The position numbers and the translations under genes were made by a program. Under the pieces are notes generated by a model that did no database searches, had not been told where the DNA came from, and worked only from the letters and a program-made list of their open reading frames with translations. A DNA stretch of 64,000 bases from NCBI GenBank assembly GCA_964291315.2, contig OZ219753.1, positions 576,001-640,000 of the forward strand. The letters run 5' to 3'. Origin of the DNA: Candidatus Poribacteria bacterium (GTDB taxonomy: Bacteria > Poribacteria > WGA-4E > WGA-3G). Of the stretch, positions 48,621 to 58,934 are shown piece by piece; position 1 is the stretch's first letter, and each line of letters opens with the position of its first letter.

Positions 48621-49702
48621 AAACTTTACGTGTGGAACTCGAGGATAATAGTTATCCGATCATTGTCGGAGCAGATTTCCTCGAACGAGTCGGCGAGCTG
48701 CTGTTGCCCTATATCAAGTCGCATAAGGTGTTTATTGCTTCGGACACCTACGTTCAAAGGCATTATGCACCTATCGTTCAGCGGAGCCTTGAAGCTACTG
48801 GACTTGATGTTTGCACGATTGAAGTGCCCGCTGGAGAAGAGAGCAAATCGTTGGAGCAGTTTTCGCATATATTGGACAGTTTGGTAGATCATCAATTCGA
48901 CCGAGCTTCAACTCTAATTGCCCTCGGGGGCGGTGTCATCGGGGATTTAGCGGGGTTTGCAGCGGCGGTGTACATGCGCGGTATACCTTATATTCAGATT
49001 CCGACCACACTACAAGCACAGGTTGATGCCAGCGTCGGTGGCAAGACAGCAATTAATCATTCAAAAGGCAAAAATCTTATTGGGGCATTCCACCAACCGA
49101 AGTTGGTGCTTATTGATGTGCGGACGCTCGAAAGTCTACCGCAGCGGGACATCCGAGCGGGGCTTATTGAAGTTATTAAAATGGGCGTTATCCGAGACGA
49201 ACCCTTATTTGAGAAGATCGAGGAAAATCTTGATGCCATCTTGAATCTGGAGAGTGCTATACTCAGTGAGATGATTGCCTGCGCGTGCATTAACAAGGCG
49301 GAGATCGTCGCGAAAGATGAGAAAGAGAGTGGGGTGCGGATGGTGCTCAACTATGGTCATACCTTTGGCCACGCGCTTGAAGCACTGACACATTACAACA
49401 GATATCGGCACGGTGAAGCGATCTCTATCGGTATGAACTGCGCGGCACAATTAGCTGTTCATTTGGGGATGTTCTCTGATACCGATTTTCAGCGGCAACA
49501 AGCCCTTCTGAAACGGGCGAACTTGCCAATTGCTTTCCCGCTGGATATCGCTTCTGAGGTACTGTGTAAGGCTCTGTATTTGGACAAGAAAACATTAGGC
49601 GGCAAACTCCGTCTCGTTTTACCAACCCGTATTGGAGAAGTTGTTATACGAAATGATGTTGATGATCAGGACATTATGGAAGCGGTTTCACAATGTTTCT
49701 GA
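48617..49702 (+). CDS. aroB: 3-dehydroquinate synthase
   Basis: 'GEESKS', 'LGGGVIGD', 'VDASVGGKT', 'LNYGHTFGHALE', 'HGEA'. Confidence 0.96.
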   Translation: MKTLRVELEDNSYPIIVGADFLERVGELLLPYIKSHKVFIASDTYVQRHYAPIVQRSLEATGLDVCTIEVPAGEESKSLEQFSHILDSLVDHQFDRASTLIALGGGVIGDLAGFAAAVYMRGIPYIQIPTTLQAQVDASVGGKTAINHSKGKNLIGAFHQPKLVLIDVRTLESLPQRDIRAGLIEVIKMGVIRDEPLFEKIEENLDAILNLESAILSEMIACACINKAEIVAKDEKESGVRMVLNYGHTFGHALEALTHYNRYRHGEAISIGMNCAAQLAVHLGMFSDTDFQRQQALLKRANLPIAFPLDIASEVLCKALYLDKKTLGGKLRLVLPTRIGEVVIRNDVDDQDIMEAVSQCF

Positions 49703-49758
49703 GCGGCTGCTAGACATTATGAGTTGCCGGCTATCAGATAAACAAGGAAACATAATTT

Positions 49759-50904
49759 ATGAAAAAAAAGATTCAGTCCTTAGTTTTCTGCTGGGTTTTG
49801 TGTCTAAGCGTTAGCATAGGGTTTAGCCAGGTGCTTACGTCTCCTTCAAACGTGACAGCAGTGGATACTCCGAACGATGATGGAAGCAGTATCACTATTA
49901 AGTGGGATGCAGCCCCGGAGGATAGCAGTATCAGCGAATACCAAATTCTGCGCCGGGTTGCGGGAGGCGGTCTCGAAGAGGTTGGGGAGCTGTTGCCTTT
50001 TGAGACAACAACTTATGTTGATTCCACGATCGAGAAAGGAAGGGCGTATGCCTATATTGTGCGAGCAATTAGCGAAACAGAAGCAACAGTAGAATCCGAA
50101 GAGACTGCACCTGTGAAAGGGTCAGGTGAGTGGTTTCACACGGGTAAAATTCCGCTGTTCATTGCGATGTTGGCCTTTTCGGTTGCGATTGTTGTGAGTA
50201 TTTATCAGGCGCGCAGTGGCGCAGATGTTTTCATTCGACGAATTCCAGGGCTGGAAGCCGTAAATGAAGCCATTGGCCGCGCTACGGAAATGGGACGCTC
50301 AATTCTCTATATCCTTGGGCTCGGTGGCGTGAGTGAGGCGGCTACGATCGCGAGTATGAACATTTTAGGACAGGTCGCTCGTCGAACTGCAGATTATGAA
50401 ACTCCTTTGCATGTGCCCTGCCGGGATCCGATTGTGATGAATGTTGTGCGCGAGATGGTAAAAACGGCATATCTCAACGAAGGGCGTCCGGATTCTTATA
50501 ACGAAGACAATATTTTCTTCCTCACTGATAGCCAGTTTGCTTATGCCGCGGGTGTGGACGGCATAATGTTACGCGAGAAACCAGCAGCGATATTTCTACA
50601 AGGGACTTTTTATGCCGAATCACTTATCCTCGCGGAAACTGGGAATTCTATTGGTGCAATCCAGATTGCGGGGACAGATTCCGAGCATCAACTCCCGTTC
50701 TTGATCACAGCGTGTGATTATACTCTGATTGGGGAAGAACTCTATACTGCAAGCGCTTATCTTTCTAGAGAACCCATGCTTCTCGGCAGTATAAGAGGGC
50801 AAGATTGGGGGAAAGCGATTATTTTCGCTGTCATTGTTTCAGGTGTGTTTCTTGAATTAGCGGGTTTTAACTGGATCACAACACTTCTACAGCGGGTAAG
50901 TTAG
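49759..50904 (+). CDS. Fibronectin type III + DUF6754-like membrane protein
   Basis: Signal peptide; FN3 'PSNVTAVDTPND..W..Y..YIVRA'; TM; 'IRRIPGLEAVNEAIGRATEMGR', 'QFAYAAGV', 'FYAESLILAETG', 'LIGEELY'. Confidence 0.78.
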   Translation: MKKKIQSLVFCWVLCLSVSIGFSQVLTSPSNVTAVDTPNDDGSSITIKWDAAPEDSSISEYQILRRVAGGGLEEVGELLPFETTTYVDSTIEKGRAYAYIVRAISETEATVESEETAPVKGSGEWFHTGKIPLFIAMLAFSVAIVVSIYQARSGADVFIRRIPGLEAVNEAIGRATEMGRSILYILGLGGVSEAATIASMNILGQVARRTADYETPLHVPCRDPIVMNVVREMVKTAYLNEGRPDSYNEDNIFFLTDSQFAYAAGVDGIMLREKPAAIFLQGTFYAESLILAETGNSIGAIQIAGTDSEHQLPFLITACDYTLIGEELYTASAYLSREPMLLGSIRGQDWGKAIIFAVIVSGVFLELAGFNWITTLLQRVS

Positions 50905-50912
50905 GAGGTCTT

Positions 50913-51563
50913 ATGCGCCGACAAGTTCCTTTAATTTTTTGTTTCGTTTTTGGGATTACGATGATCTTCACACACTTCATACCACATTCGGCCGCTCAAA
51001 ACCTTTACCGAGAAGTCACTGAGTGGGCATTGATTATCACTTCTTTCGCACTTATCTTAAGTTCACTCACACTCATCCGAACACACCTCACGCGGATTCA
51101 CCGTCGCGTAGAACATTGGCAATATAGTATTTTTATATTTGTCGGGATTCTGGCGATGGTGGTGATAGGTATCCCCTTTGGACCGCAAAATCCTATCTTT
51201 GAGTGGTTATTCAACAACATTCAAGTTCCTATGGAAGCGACGATGTTCTCACTCCTCGCTTTCTTCGTTGCCTCAGCGGCATACCGTGCTTTTCGAGCGA
51301 GAACGATTGAGGCGAGTTTGCTGTTGATCACGGCTCTCATTGTAATGCTGGGTAACGTTCCAGTAGGGGACCTAATTTGGAACTCACTGTTCTCTTGGTT
51401 GCCCTGGGATAATGGTGCCTCAATCATGCAACAGTGGATTTTGGATAACCCGAATCTATCCGCAAGACGTGGAATTATCCTTGGTATCAGCTTAGGGGTT
51501 ATCTCACAATCCATCCGGATCATCTTGGGAATTGAACGCTCGTATCTTGGTGGAGGAGACTAG
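50913..51563 (+). CDS. Conserved hypothetical polytopic membrane protein
   Basis: ~6 TM; 'ATMFSLLAFFVASAAYRAFR', 'RGIILG..LG..IRIILGIER'. Confidence 0.75.
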   Translation: MRRQVPLIFCFVFGITMIFTHFIPHSAAQNLYREVTEWALIITSFALILSSLTLIRTHLTRIHRRVEHWQYSIFIFVGILAMVVIGIPFGPQNPIFEWLFNNIQVPMEATMFSLLAFFVASAAYRAFRARTIEASLLLITALIVMLGNVPVGDLIWNSLFSWLPWDNGASIMQQWILDNPNLSARRGIILGISLGVISQSIRIILGIERSYLGGGD

Positions 51564-51566
51564 CGA

Positions 51567-52382
51567 ATGTTTGAAAGATTGACGAATATAGACCGTCGGA
51601 TCATCTTCATTCTCGTGACTCTGTCGGTTATCGTACCGACACTGGTTCCAGTGAGCATGCCGATCCCGGTATCAGAACCTACACAACAACTCTACGATTA
51701 TATTGAAGCTATACCGGCCGGCGGAACGATCATGCTCGCCTTTGACTATGGCCCCTCTTCCTTAGCAGAGCTGAATCCGATGGCAAGGTCGATCATGAAG
51801 CAGTGTTTTGCTAAAGATATAAGGGTGATTGCTCTCACACTTTATCCGGAGGGCACGACTATGGGTAGCGCATTGATTCAAGAAGTTGTATCGGAAACAG
51901 GTGCGGTTGATGGTGAGGACTATGTTTTCTTGGGTTATCGTTCTGGAAATCAATTAGTTATTCTCGGCATGGGAACGGAAATTGCTAGTATTTTTGACAC
52001 AGATTACAACGGAAAACCGATCTCGGAAATCCCGTTGATGCAAAATGTTATCAACTATGATCAAATTGATCTCCTTGTCGATTTGTCTTCTGGGCAGCTC
52101 ACGGAAACTTGGATTACCTATGCAAACGGACAATTCAATCTACAGATCGCAGCAGGTGTCACCGGCGTTATTATCTCACAGATGTATCCGTATTTGCAAA
52201 CTGGACAATTAATTGGTCTGATTCGAGGGATTGCTGGGGCTGCGGAGTATGAATGCTTAATAGATGCACCGGCAAAAGGGACATTATGGATCAACATTGA
52301 ATCGTTTGTTCACTTACTCATTATAGGTTTAGTCGCTATTGGAAATATTGCGTTCTTCATTCAGCGAGGGCGAGAGGAGTAA
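51567..52382 (+). CDS. Conserved hypothetical membrane-anchored alpha/beta protein
   Basis: N- and C-terminal TMs; 'FDYGP..AEL.P', 'GEDYVFLGY', 'YPYLQTGQ..G..GAAEYE'. Confidence 0.75.
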   Translation: MFERLTNIDRRIIFILVTLSVIVPTLVPVSMPIPVSEPTQQLYDYIEAIPAGGTIMLAFDYGPSSLAELNPMARSIMKQCFAKDIRVIALTLYPEGTTMGSALIQEVVSETGAVDGEDYVFLGYRSGNQLVILGMGTEIASIFDTDYNGKPISEIPLMQNVINYDQIDLLVDLSSGQLTETWITYANGQFNLQIAAGVTGVIISQMYPYLQTGQLIGLIRGIAGAAEYECLIDAPAKGTLWINIESFVHLLIIGLVAIGNIAFFIQRGREE

Positions 52383-52386
52383 ATTG

Positions 52387-53037
52387 ATGGAACTTTTTGG
52401 CATCTGGATTGCCGCATTTTTGACCTTCTGCATTTACAGTTTTCTGTACCGAGAGAATCCATTTTACCGGTTTGCGGAACATCTCTTGGTAGGTATATCC
52501 CTCGGATACAGTATTGTGATCTCGATTCATCAAGCATTTATTCCGTTCGCGTGGCAGCCTTTTTATGAAGCGGTAAGAGGCGATTCTCTAGCTGGTCTCA
52601 TAAAATTGATTCCTATATGGATCGGTTTGCTGTATTTTTCAGGGTTGTCGCCGCGGCATACCTGGTTAATTCGGTGGCCTAGTGCGATCCTTATAGGTAT
52701 TGGGTCGGGGCTGGCCATTCCGAATGTGCTGCGTGCTAACATTTTTGAGCAGACCCGGGGAACAGTTGAGCCTTTCGGTGCTATTCATGCTGGAACCCTC
52801 TCTGGCTGGGATATTTTCGACGCTGTTCTGATGGTGATCGGGGTGATTTGTACACTCACTTATTTCTTTTTCTCTGTAGAACACCGGGGTCCTATTAAAT
52901 GGCTTTCAAAGGTAGGTATCGCCTTTCTTATGATAGGGTTCGGTTCAGCATTCGGTAACACGGTCATGGGACGTGTTGCACTTCTCATTCAACGCATCGA
53001 TTTTCTGCTAAACGATTGGCTCGCTACAATTTTTTGA
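52387..53037 (+). CDS. Conserved hypothetical polytopic membrane protein
   Basis: 'YSFLYRENPFYRFAEHLLVG', 'YFFFS', 'FGSAFGNTVMGR'; SD GAGGAG. Confidence 0.75.
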   Translation: MELFGIWIAAFLTFCIYSFLYRENPFYRFAEHLLVGISLGYSIVISIHQAFIPFAWQPFYEAVRGDSLAGLIKLIPIWIGLLYFSGLSPRHTWLIRWPSAILIGIGSGLAIPNVLRANIFEQTRGTVEPFGAIHAGTLSGWDIFDAVLMVIGVICTLTYFFFSVEHRGPIKWLSKVGIAFLMIGFGSAFGNTVMGRVALLIQRIDFLLNDWLATIF

Positions 53038-53101
53038 TACTGTTATAGGGCAGTCAGGTAGTTCGGGCCCTTTTCCTCATTAGACCTTGGGAGAAAACTG
53101 T

Positions 53102-53944
53102 ATGAAACTTGGATATAGCACTTGGGGTATGCCTACTGTGCCTATAGATACTGCTGTTTCTCATATAGCGGGGCTCGGATACGATGGACTTGAACTCACT
53201 ATTATCCCTCGCTTTACGACCGAACTCAGCACACTTGACGCTGCGCAGAGGAAACGGATCGCGTCTCTTCTGAAAGAGCATGATTTGGCGTTACCCGCAA
53301 TCGCTGCACACTCAAGTCTGTTGGAAACTGATCCAGACAGGCATGCCCAAAATATGTGGAGGCTGAAAGGTGGCGTTGATTTAGCAATAGAACTCGCTCA
53401 AGGTGATGAACCTCCCGCGGTAAATACAACGCCAGGTGGCAAGCCAGAGGAGTGGAACACCCGAAAAGAGCTCCTCGTCGAACGGGTCGGAAAACTCATA
53501 GATTATAGTGCCTCGCGCGGTATCATCATTGCTATGGAACCACACGTCGGCGCAATCATCGATACGCCTACGAAGATACTAGAACTTCTGGCAATCATCA
53601 ATTCTCCATACCTTAAAGTTAACTTCGATATTAGCCATTTTGATATTGTTGGTATGTCCACGGAGGAGACGGTAGCAGCGTTAGCTGCGGTATCGATACA
53701 TACACATGTCAAGGACCAACACGGCACTGCACCTAACTACGAGTTTCTCATACCTGGTGAAGGCCAGTTCGACTATGTAGAATATCTCAAACAGATGCAG
53801 GCACACGGATATGATGGGTTCATCACTGCCGAAATAAGTTTTATGGTGCAAGCGCGTGAAGATTACGATCCGCTCGCTGCTGCGTCTCTTTCTTACGAAA
53901 CATTATCGCGTGCCTTTACGGTGGCTGGAATTGAAAGGGGATAA
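53102..53944 (+). CDS. Sugar phosphate isomerase/epimerase (AP endonuclease 2 TIM barrel)
   Basis: 'GYDGLEL', 'MEPH', 'FDISH', 'HVKD', 'GEG', 'YDGFITAE'. Confidence 0.88.
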   Translation: MKLGYSTWGMPTVPIDTAVSHIAGLGYDGLELTIIPRFTTELSTLDAAQRKRIASLLKEHDLALPAIAAHSSLLETDPDRHAQNMWRLKGGVDLAIELAQGDEPPAVNTTPGGKPEEWNTRKELLVERVGKLIDYSASRGIIIAMEPHVGAIIDTPTKILELLAIINSPYLKVNFDISHFDIVGMSTEETVAALAAVSIHTHVKDQHGTAPNYEFLIPGEGQFDYVEYLKQMQAHGYDGFITAEISFMVQAREDYDPLAAASLSYETLSRAFTVAGIERG

Positions 53945-53946
53945 CT

Positions 53947-55329
53947 ATGCAAACCCCGAATATTCTTCTTCTGATGACCGATCAGCAGCGATGGGACGCG
54001 ATGGGCTGCAGCGGTGACTGGGTGCGAACCCCGAATTTGGATCGTATCGCGAGTGAAGGAATTAGGTTCACCAACTGTGTCACGACATCCCCGGTCTGTA
54101 TTCCGACGCGTCTTAGCTTGGCAACAGGTTTATATCCACATAATACCGGTGTTTGGGATAATATGAATCATCAGATGCCTGCTACAACACCGACCTGGAT
54201 GCAAGCAGTGCGGGCCGCGGGTTACCGGACGAGCCTATTCGGCAAAACGCATCTTCACCCACACAACGGCGATCTGCGAGAACGTGAAGGGTTAATGAAC
54301 GCTTATGGATTGGACGACGTGAACGAGATCGGTGGCCCCCGGGCAAGTGCTACTGTTCTGTCACACATGACATCGGAGTGGGAAGCAAAAGGGGTATGGA
54401 ATGCCTATCGTACCGATTATCGCGAACGGTTCAGAACGAAACCGCACCTTGTGCGTCCGTCTGTCCTCGGACTTGAGGACTATGCTGATGTCTATGTAGG
54501 ACAACAAGCGAAACAATATCTACAGAACTACGGCCGATCAGAACCTTGGTTCTGCTGGGTGAGTTTTGGAGGACCACACGAACCATGGGATACCCCGGAA
54601 CCCTATGCTAATATGTACGATCCGGAAGAGATGCCATCTGCTATTCTACGCCCACCTACAGAAGAACGTCCACATGGACACTTAGATAGACTGATGGATC
54701 GGGTGAAACCGACGTTTGAACCCGGCGAGGTTGGGAAACTGCGTGCCAATTATGCGGGGAATGTGACGCTCATTGATGCACAGGTTGGCGACATTCTCGA
54801 TGCAATTGAGGCTCGCGGTGAACTTGAGAACACAATCATCGTTCATACCTCCGACCACGGTGAAATGAACGGAGATTATGGACTTATCTACAAAAGTAAC
54901 TTCCTCAACGGCGCAGTCAGGATACCGTTACTTGTTCGAACACCGGATAAATCGAATGCTGGAGCGGTCTGTGAGAATCTAGTCGAATGGATAGACATTG
55001 GTCCAACACTCGTTGAAATGGCAGATGGTGAATTGCAACACCCTCAGTTTGGCAAGTCGTTGTGCCCGGTGTTAGCAGAACCGCAATCTGTGCACCGAGA
55101 TTTCGCAATATCTGAAATACATGGAGAGATTATGTTGTTAAATCGAGAATGGAAGGCTGCTATCAACTCGGATGGCACGGTTTACCTTCTCTTTAATGTA
55201 CAAAACGACTCGAACGAAACAGATAACCTCGCCGGTAGACAGGAAGTTGCAGATGTAGAAACAGCCTTGCGCCTGCAGATTTTAGAGAGAATCGTGCAGA
55301 CGCAACTGCAAAAGCCGTTTCGCGAATGA
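53947..55329 (+). CDS. Cys-type sulfatase
   Basis: 'PNILLLMTDQQR', CxPxR 'CIPTR', 'GKTH', 'SDHG'. Confidence 0.92.
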   Translation: MQTPNILLLMTDQQRWDAMGCSGDWVRTPNLDRIASEGIRFTNCVTTSPVCIPTRLSLATGLYPHNTGVWDNMNHQMPATTPTWMQAVRAAGYRTSLFGKTHLHPHNGDLREREGLMNAYGLDDVNEIGGPRASATVLSHMTSEWEAKGVWNAYRTDYRERFRTKPHLVRPSVLGLEDYADVYVGQQAKQYLQNYGRSEPWFCWVSFGGPHEPWDTPEPYANMYDPEEMPSAILRPPTEERPHGHLDRLMDRVKPTFEPGEVGKLRANYAGNVTLIDAQVGDILDAIEARGELENTIIVHTSDHGEMNGDYGLIYKSNFLNGAVRIPLLVRTPDKSNAGAVCENLVEWIDIGPTLVEMADGELQHPQFGKSLCPVLAEPQSVHRDFAISEIHGEIMLLNREWKAAINSDGTVYLLFNVQNDSNETDNLAGRQEVADVETALRLQILERIVQTQLQKPFRE

Positions 55330-55479
55330 TTAGGTTATGGCCATCCGCCATCCCTTTATTCCTTGCAGATGAGTGAATACTCGTTCTGTACCTCGAAAGT
55401 GGAAATCACCATTCATGCCGCTTTTGTATGCTTTCTTCCAACCGGCAGCAAAATACGATTATACAACGTAATTACGGCT

Positions 55480-56680
55480 CTATAGATCGATGAAAGCGGA
55501 TATTTTCGTCCATAATGGTGTTGATAACAGCACCTTTGATTGCATGCCGGTTTTCATCAAAATATAACAGTGTTGTTGCCCTCTGTAGTTTTGTGTCACC
55601 TGAATTTGGTCGCAAATTGACACGGGGGTCAGTTGAGATGTGCGTTTCATCGCTGCAATGAGAATGTTAACGGCATCATATCCTAGTGCTGCTGGGCCAT
55701 CCGGGGGCATACCAAACCGATCAGTATAGGCATTGATAAATAGCCGTGCTCTTTCATCTAACTGTTCCGCTGTTCCATCTGGTGAGAAATGATTCACAAA
55801 TAAGCTCCCGTTAACCGCCTCTCCAGCGATGTCAGCAAGATCGGGTCTGTCCCATCCATCACCCCGAGGAATGTTGCGGTGATGCCGATATGAGTGTCTT
55901 TCGCTTGCTTGACAGTAAGTGGAAATTCAGGACCCAAGCCGGGTAAAAATATAACATCCACAGGCGGATCCACGGCAGCAATCCCGGTGAGTTGCTCGGT
56001 ATAGTCTGTCGTTCCTGCTTCGTAAAGTTGGCGAATTGCAACTGTACCGCTGCAGTAAAGGCTTCCACAAAAACCTCTGTCAATCCTTGGGAATAGCTAC
56101 TATTTATTTCTGTTAGCGTAGCGGCAGTTGCTGCGTTCAACTCCTGAATAGCGAAATTTGCCATTATGTTTGCCTGATAAGGGTCAGTATATGCCGTCAT
56201 GAACACGAAATCGCTGTTTTCTGGGACCCGCGGATTTGTCGGGTAGGTCGTTAGCAGGGGTATTTCATGCTCGCGGATGACTTTACTAACTTCCATTGCG
56301 ATTGTAGAATAGTCTGGACCAACAATTGCTGATACCCCAAGATCGATTAATTCTTCTGCATGTTGAACGCTGTAGGCGGATATTTTTTGTCGTCTCGGAC
56401 GAGAAGGTATATTGGTGCCCTTTTAATTCCTCCACCCTCATTTGCGAGAGCAACTGCTAATTCCGCACCATTCCGGGTCGTGCCAGGGTCAGGCGGGCTA
56501 TAAATGAACCCGATTCTGATACATGGCATACTGGCAGGTTTTTCTAAATCGGTGGAGGTAACACCTGGTTGAAGGCGATCACGTCCGACTAAACAAAAAA
56601 GGGCTATGGTGAAAAACAGGGTAAGCTTCTGCCAATAAAGATAGGTTTGAGAGTCGTTCCATTCTGTTTAAACACAAAAA
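55480..56680 (-). pseudogene. Branched-chain amino-acid ABC substrate-binding protein (LivJ-like), multiply frameshifted
   Basis: Fragments 56347-56529 ('GAELAVALANEGGG'), 55859-56296 ('TNP..F..D..Q', 'YSQGL') and 55480-55797 ('ALGYDAV'); lipobox reads LVGR instead of LVGC. Confidence 0.8.
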
Positions 56681-56892
56681 ATCACCCTCCTATTGTTCAA
56701 TCTTGTATTGTAACTTTCATATGACAGGAACCGTCACCTTCACTGTCACGCGAGCAGCACTAGCTGGTATCCGTAGACGAGAGCATAGAGGACCGCACCT
56801 ATTCAAGGTATTAGATTTTTGGATAGGTTTAAACAGGCTACTTTTCTATAAGTTTTATGAAAAGGCCAGTCATTATGGGGCCATTCACGCGC

Positions 56893-57606
56893 CTAGGCTC
56901 TGCCGTAAACAGGAATGGCGGCACCGTTAATGATAGTTGCATCATCAGAAGTAAGGAAGCAAATAACCTTGGCAACATCGGCAGGCGCAACCCACCGGTC
57001 GTGGTCTTCGCCCGGCATAGTCTCTCGATTGGCGGGAGTATCCATAATACTTGGCATAATGGCGTTGATATTGACCCCTGAATCCATCACCTCGGCAGCT
57101 AGTGCCTCCGTTAAGGTGCGAACCCCGCCTTTGGAAACACAATATGCACTTAAACCGGCTTCACCTTTTAAGCCAGCGCGCGCAGAGACATTAATGATTT
57201 TACCATACGCTTGTGCGGTCATATGTGGAATAGCTGCCTTGCAGCAGAGGAAAACAGATTTGAGGTTAAGGTTCATCATGAAATCCCACTTATCTACATC
57301 AAGTTCTGCGGTCGGGATTCCTCCAACAAACCCTCCGACGATATTTACCAAGATGTGCAATCGGTCAAATTGGAAAAGAAATTCTTGAATGCTTTGTTGG
57401 ACATCCGTTTCCTCGGTAACGTTTGCCGGCAAGAAGGCCACTTCTTCGCTGAGCTCAAGGTTGAATTTTTTGAAGCGTTCAACTTCATTTTCAAACAGAT
57501 ACGTGACAGCAACGCTGTCTCCTTGAGCGAGGTAGGCTTTAGTGACAGCGCTGCCTAATATACCGGTGCCGCCGGTGATGAGGACGTTGCGTTTGCGTTT
57601 TGTCAT
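56893..57606 (-). CDS. Short-chain dehydrogenase/reductase
   Basis: 'TGGTGILG', YxxxK 'YCVSK'. Confidence 0.92.
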   Translation of the reverse strand: MTKRKRNVLITGGTGILGSAVTKAYLAQGDSVAVTYLFENEVERFKKFNLELSEEVAFLPANVTEETDVQQSIQEFLFQFDRLHILVNIVGGFVGGIPTAELDVDKWDFMMNLNLKSVFLCCKAAIPHMTAQAYGKIINVSARAGLKGEAGLSAYCVSKGGVRTLTEALAAEVMDSGVNINAIMPSIMDTPANRETMPGEDHDRWVAPADVAKVICFLTSDDATIINGAAIPVYGRA

Positions 57607-57631
57607 TGTTAGTTTCTCCATTTTGTTTGAG

Positions 57632-58669
57632 TCATTGTTTGGCCGACGTCGAAACCTCTTTTGAGTTAACGCCGATGCCGGGGTGTTCTGGTAGTATCAG
57701 TTTCCCTTTGTCAAGTGTTACACCGGTGTATGGATCGTTTACAACGAGCAGATTCCCGTCCAAATCGGCATAATCTACGAGTGGGGTTAGGTGTGCCGCT
57801 GCGGTGATAGCGAGGGAGGTCTCTATCATACACCCGAGCATAACACTCAAACCGTGAGTACGTGCGACGTTTATCATTCTGTGTGCTTCAAGTAAGCCGC
57901 CACATTTAGTAAGTTTAATATTGATTCCGTCAACACATTCGGCCAGTGCTGGGATATCAATTGCGCGCTTGACGCTTTCATCGGCAATAATTGGTAACTC
58001 TGAATGTTGGCAGACGAACTTGAGTCCCGACAGATTTTCGGGTTTTGTCGGTTGTTCCACCAATTCAACGCCATATCGGGCAAGTGCACGAATCTTATGA
58101 ATGGCTTCTTTGGGTGTCCAAGCTGTATTTGCGTCAACATAGAGAGGTTTGTCCGTTACTTCGCGGAGTGCTTGAATTATTTCAATATCACGAGATGTAC
58201 CGAGTTTGACTTTGAGGATAGGATAGTCCTCAGCTTTTCTGACTTTCTCTGCCATCACCTCCGGTTCATCAAGTCCAATTGTAAAGGATGTGTAAGGGGT
58301 CTTATGTGGGTTAAGGCCCCAGAGTTGATAGAGCGGCACTCCAAGTTTCTTAGCAAGTCGATCGTGGAGTGCCATATCAATAGCAGATTTTGCGGCATAA
58401 TTACCACCGAGCTTTGCCTCAATAGTCACCATTACATCCTGGATTGCGTCGAGATTTTCGGGGAGTTCTGATCCAATAACCTTCAATGCCACACAAACCG
58501 TTTGGACAGTCTCACCGTAAAAACGTGCTGGTGCTGTTTCGCCGATTCCACCGTCAATTTCTACAGAGATGACTTGCCGATATGTGTCCGTTGTACGACG
58601 AGCAATTTTGAAAGGGTACTGGAGCTGTAAATCTATGATATTGGAGACAATATGCATATTACTTTCCAT
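57632..58669 (-). CDS. L-Ala-D/L-Glu dipeptide epimerase (enolase superfamily)
   Basis: 'KVKLG', 'DAN', 'EQP', 'ADES', 'NIKLTKCGG', 'DLDG'. Confidence 0.88.
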   Translation of the reverse strand: MESNMHIVSNIIDLQLQYPFKIARRTTDTYRQVISVEIDGGIGETAPARFYGETVQTVCVALKVIGSELPENLDAIQDVMVTIEAKLGGNYAAKSAIDMALHDRLAKKLGVPLYQLWGLNPHKTPYTSFTIGLDEPEVMAEKVRKAEDYPILKVKLGTSRDIEIIQALREVTDKPLYVDANTAWTPKEAIHKIRALARYGVELVEQPTKPENLSGLKFVCQHSELPIIADESVKRAIDIPALAECVDGINIKLTKCGGLLEAHRMINVARTHGLSVMLGCMIETSLAITAAAHLTPLVDYADLDGNLLVVNDPYTGVTLDKGKLILPEHPGIGVNSKEVSTSAKQ

Positions 58670-58934
58670 GCTCCTGTTCTAAGCACGCGATAAAACAGGG
58701 GTATTAATCGCATTATCGTGAAGCGATACAAAATTAACACCCGTTTCATCGGCGCTCTGATTCTGCCTTGGTAGACTTACATAGGAATTATCGACCCGTG
58801 TCATGATAGAGGCAATTCGGCGCAGAAAAGAAGCGGTTGTTCGGTAACTTCTTGATGGCAGAAAGAGTCGGTGAACGACAGAAAGACCAAGGAGATCAGA
58901 AAAACTTTACAAAAGAGACGAATCAGCAGAAAGC

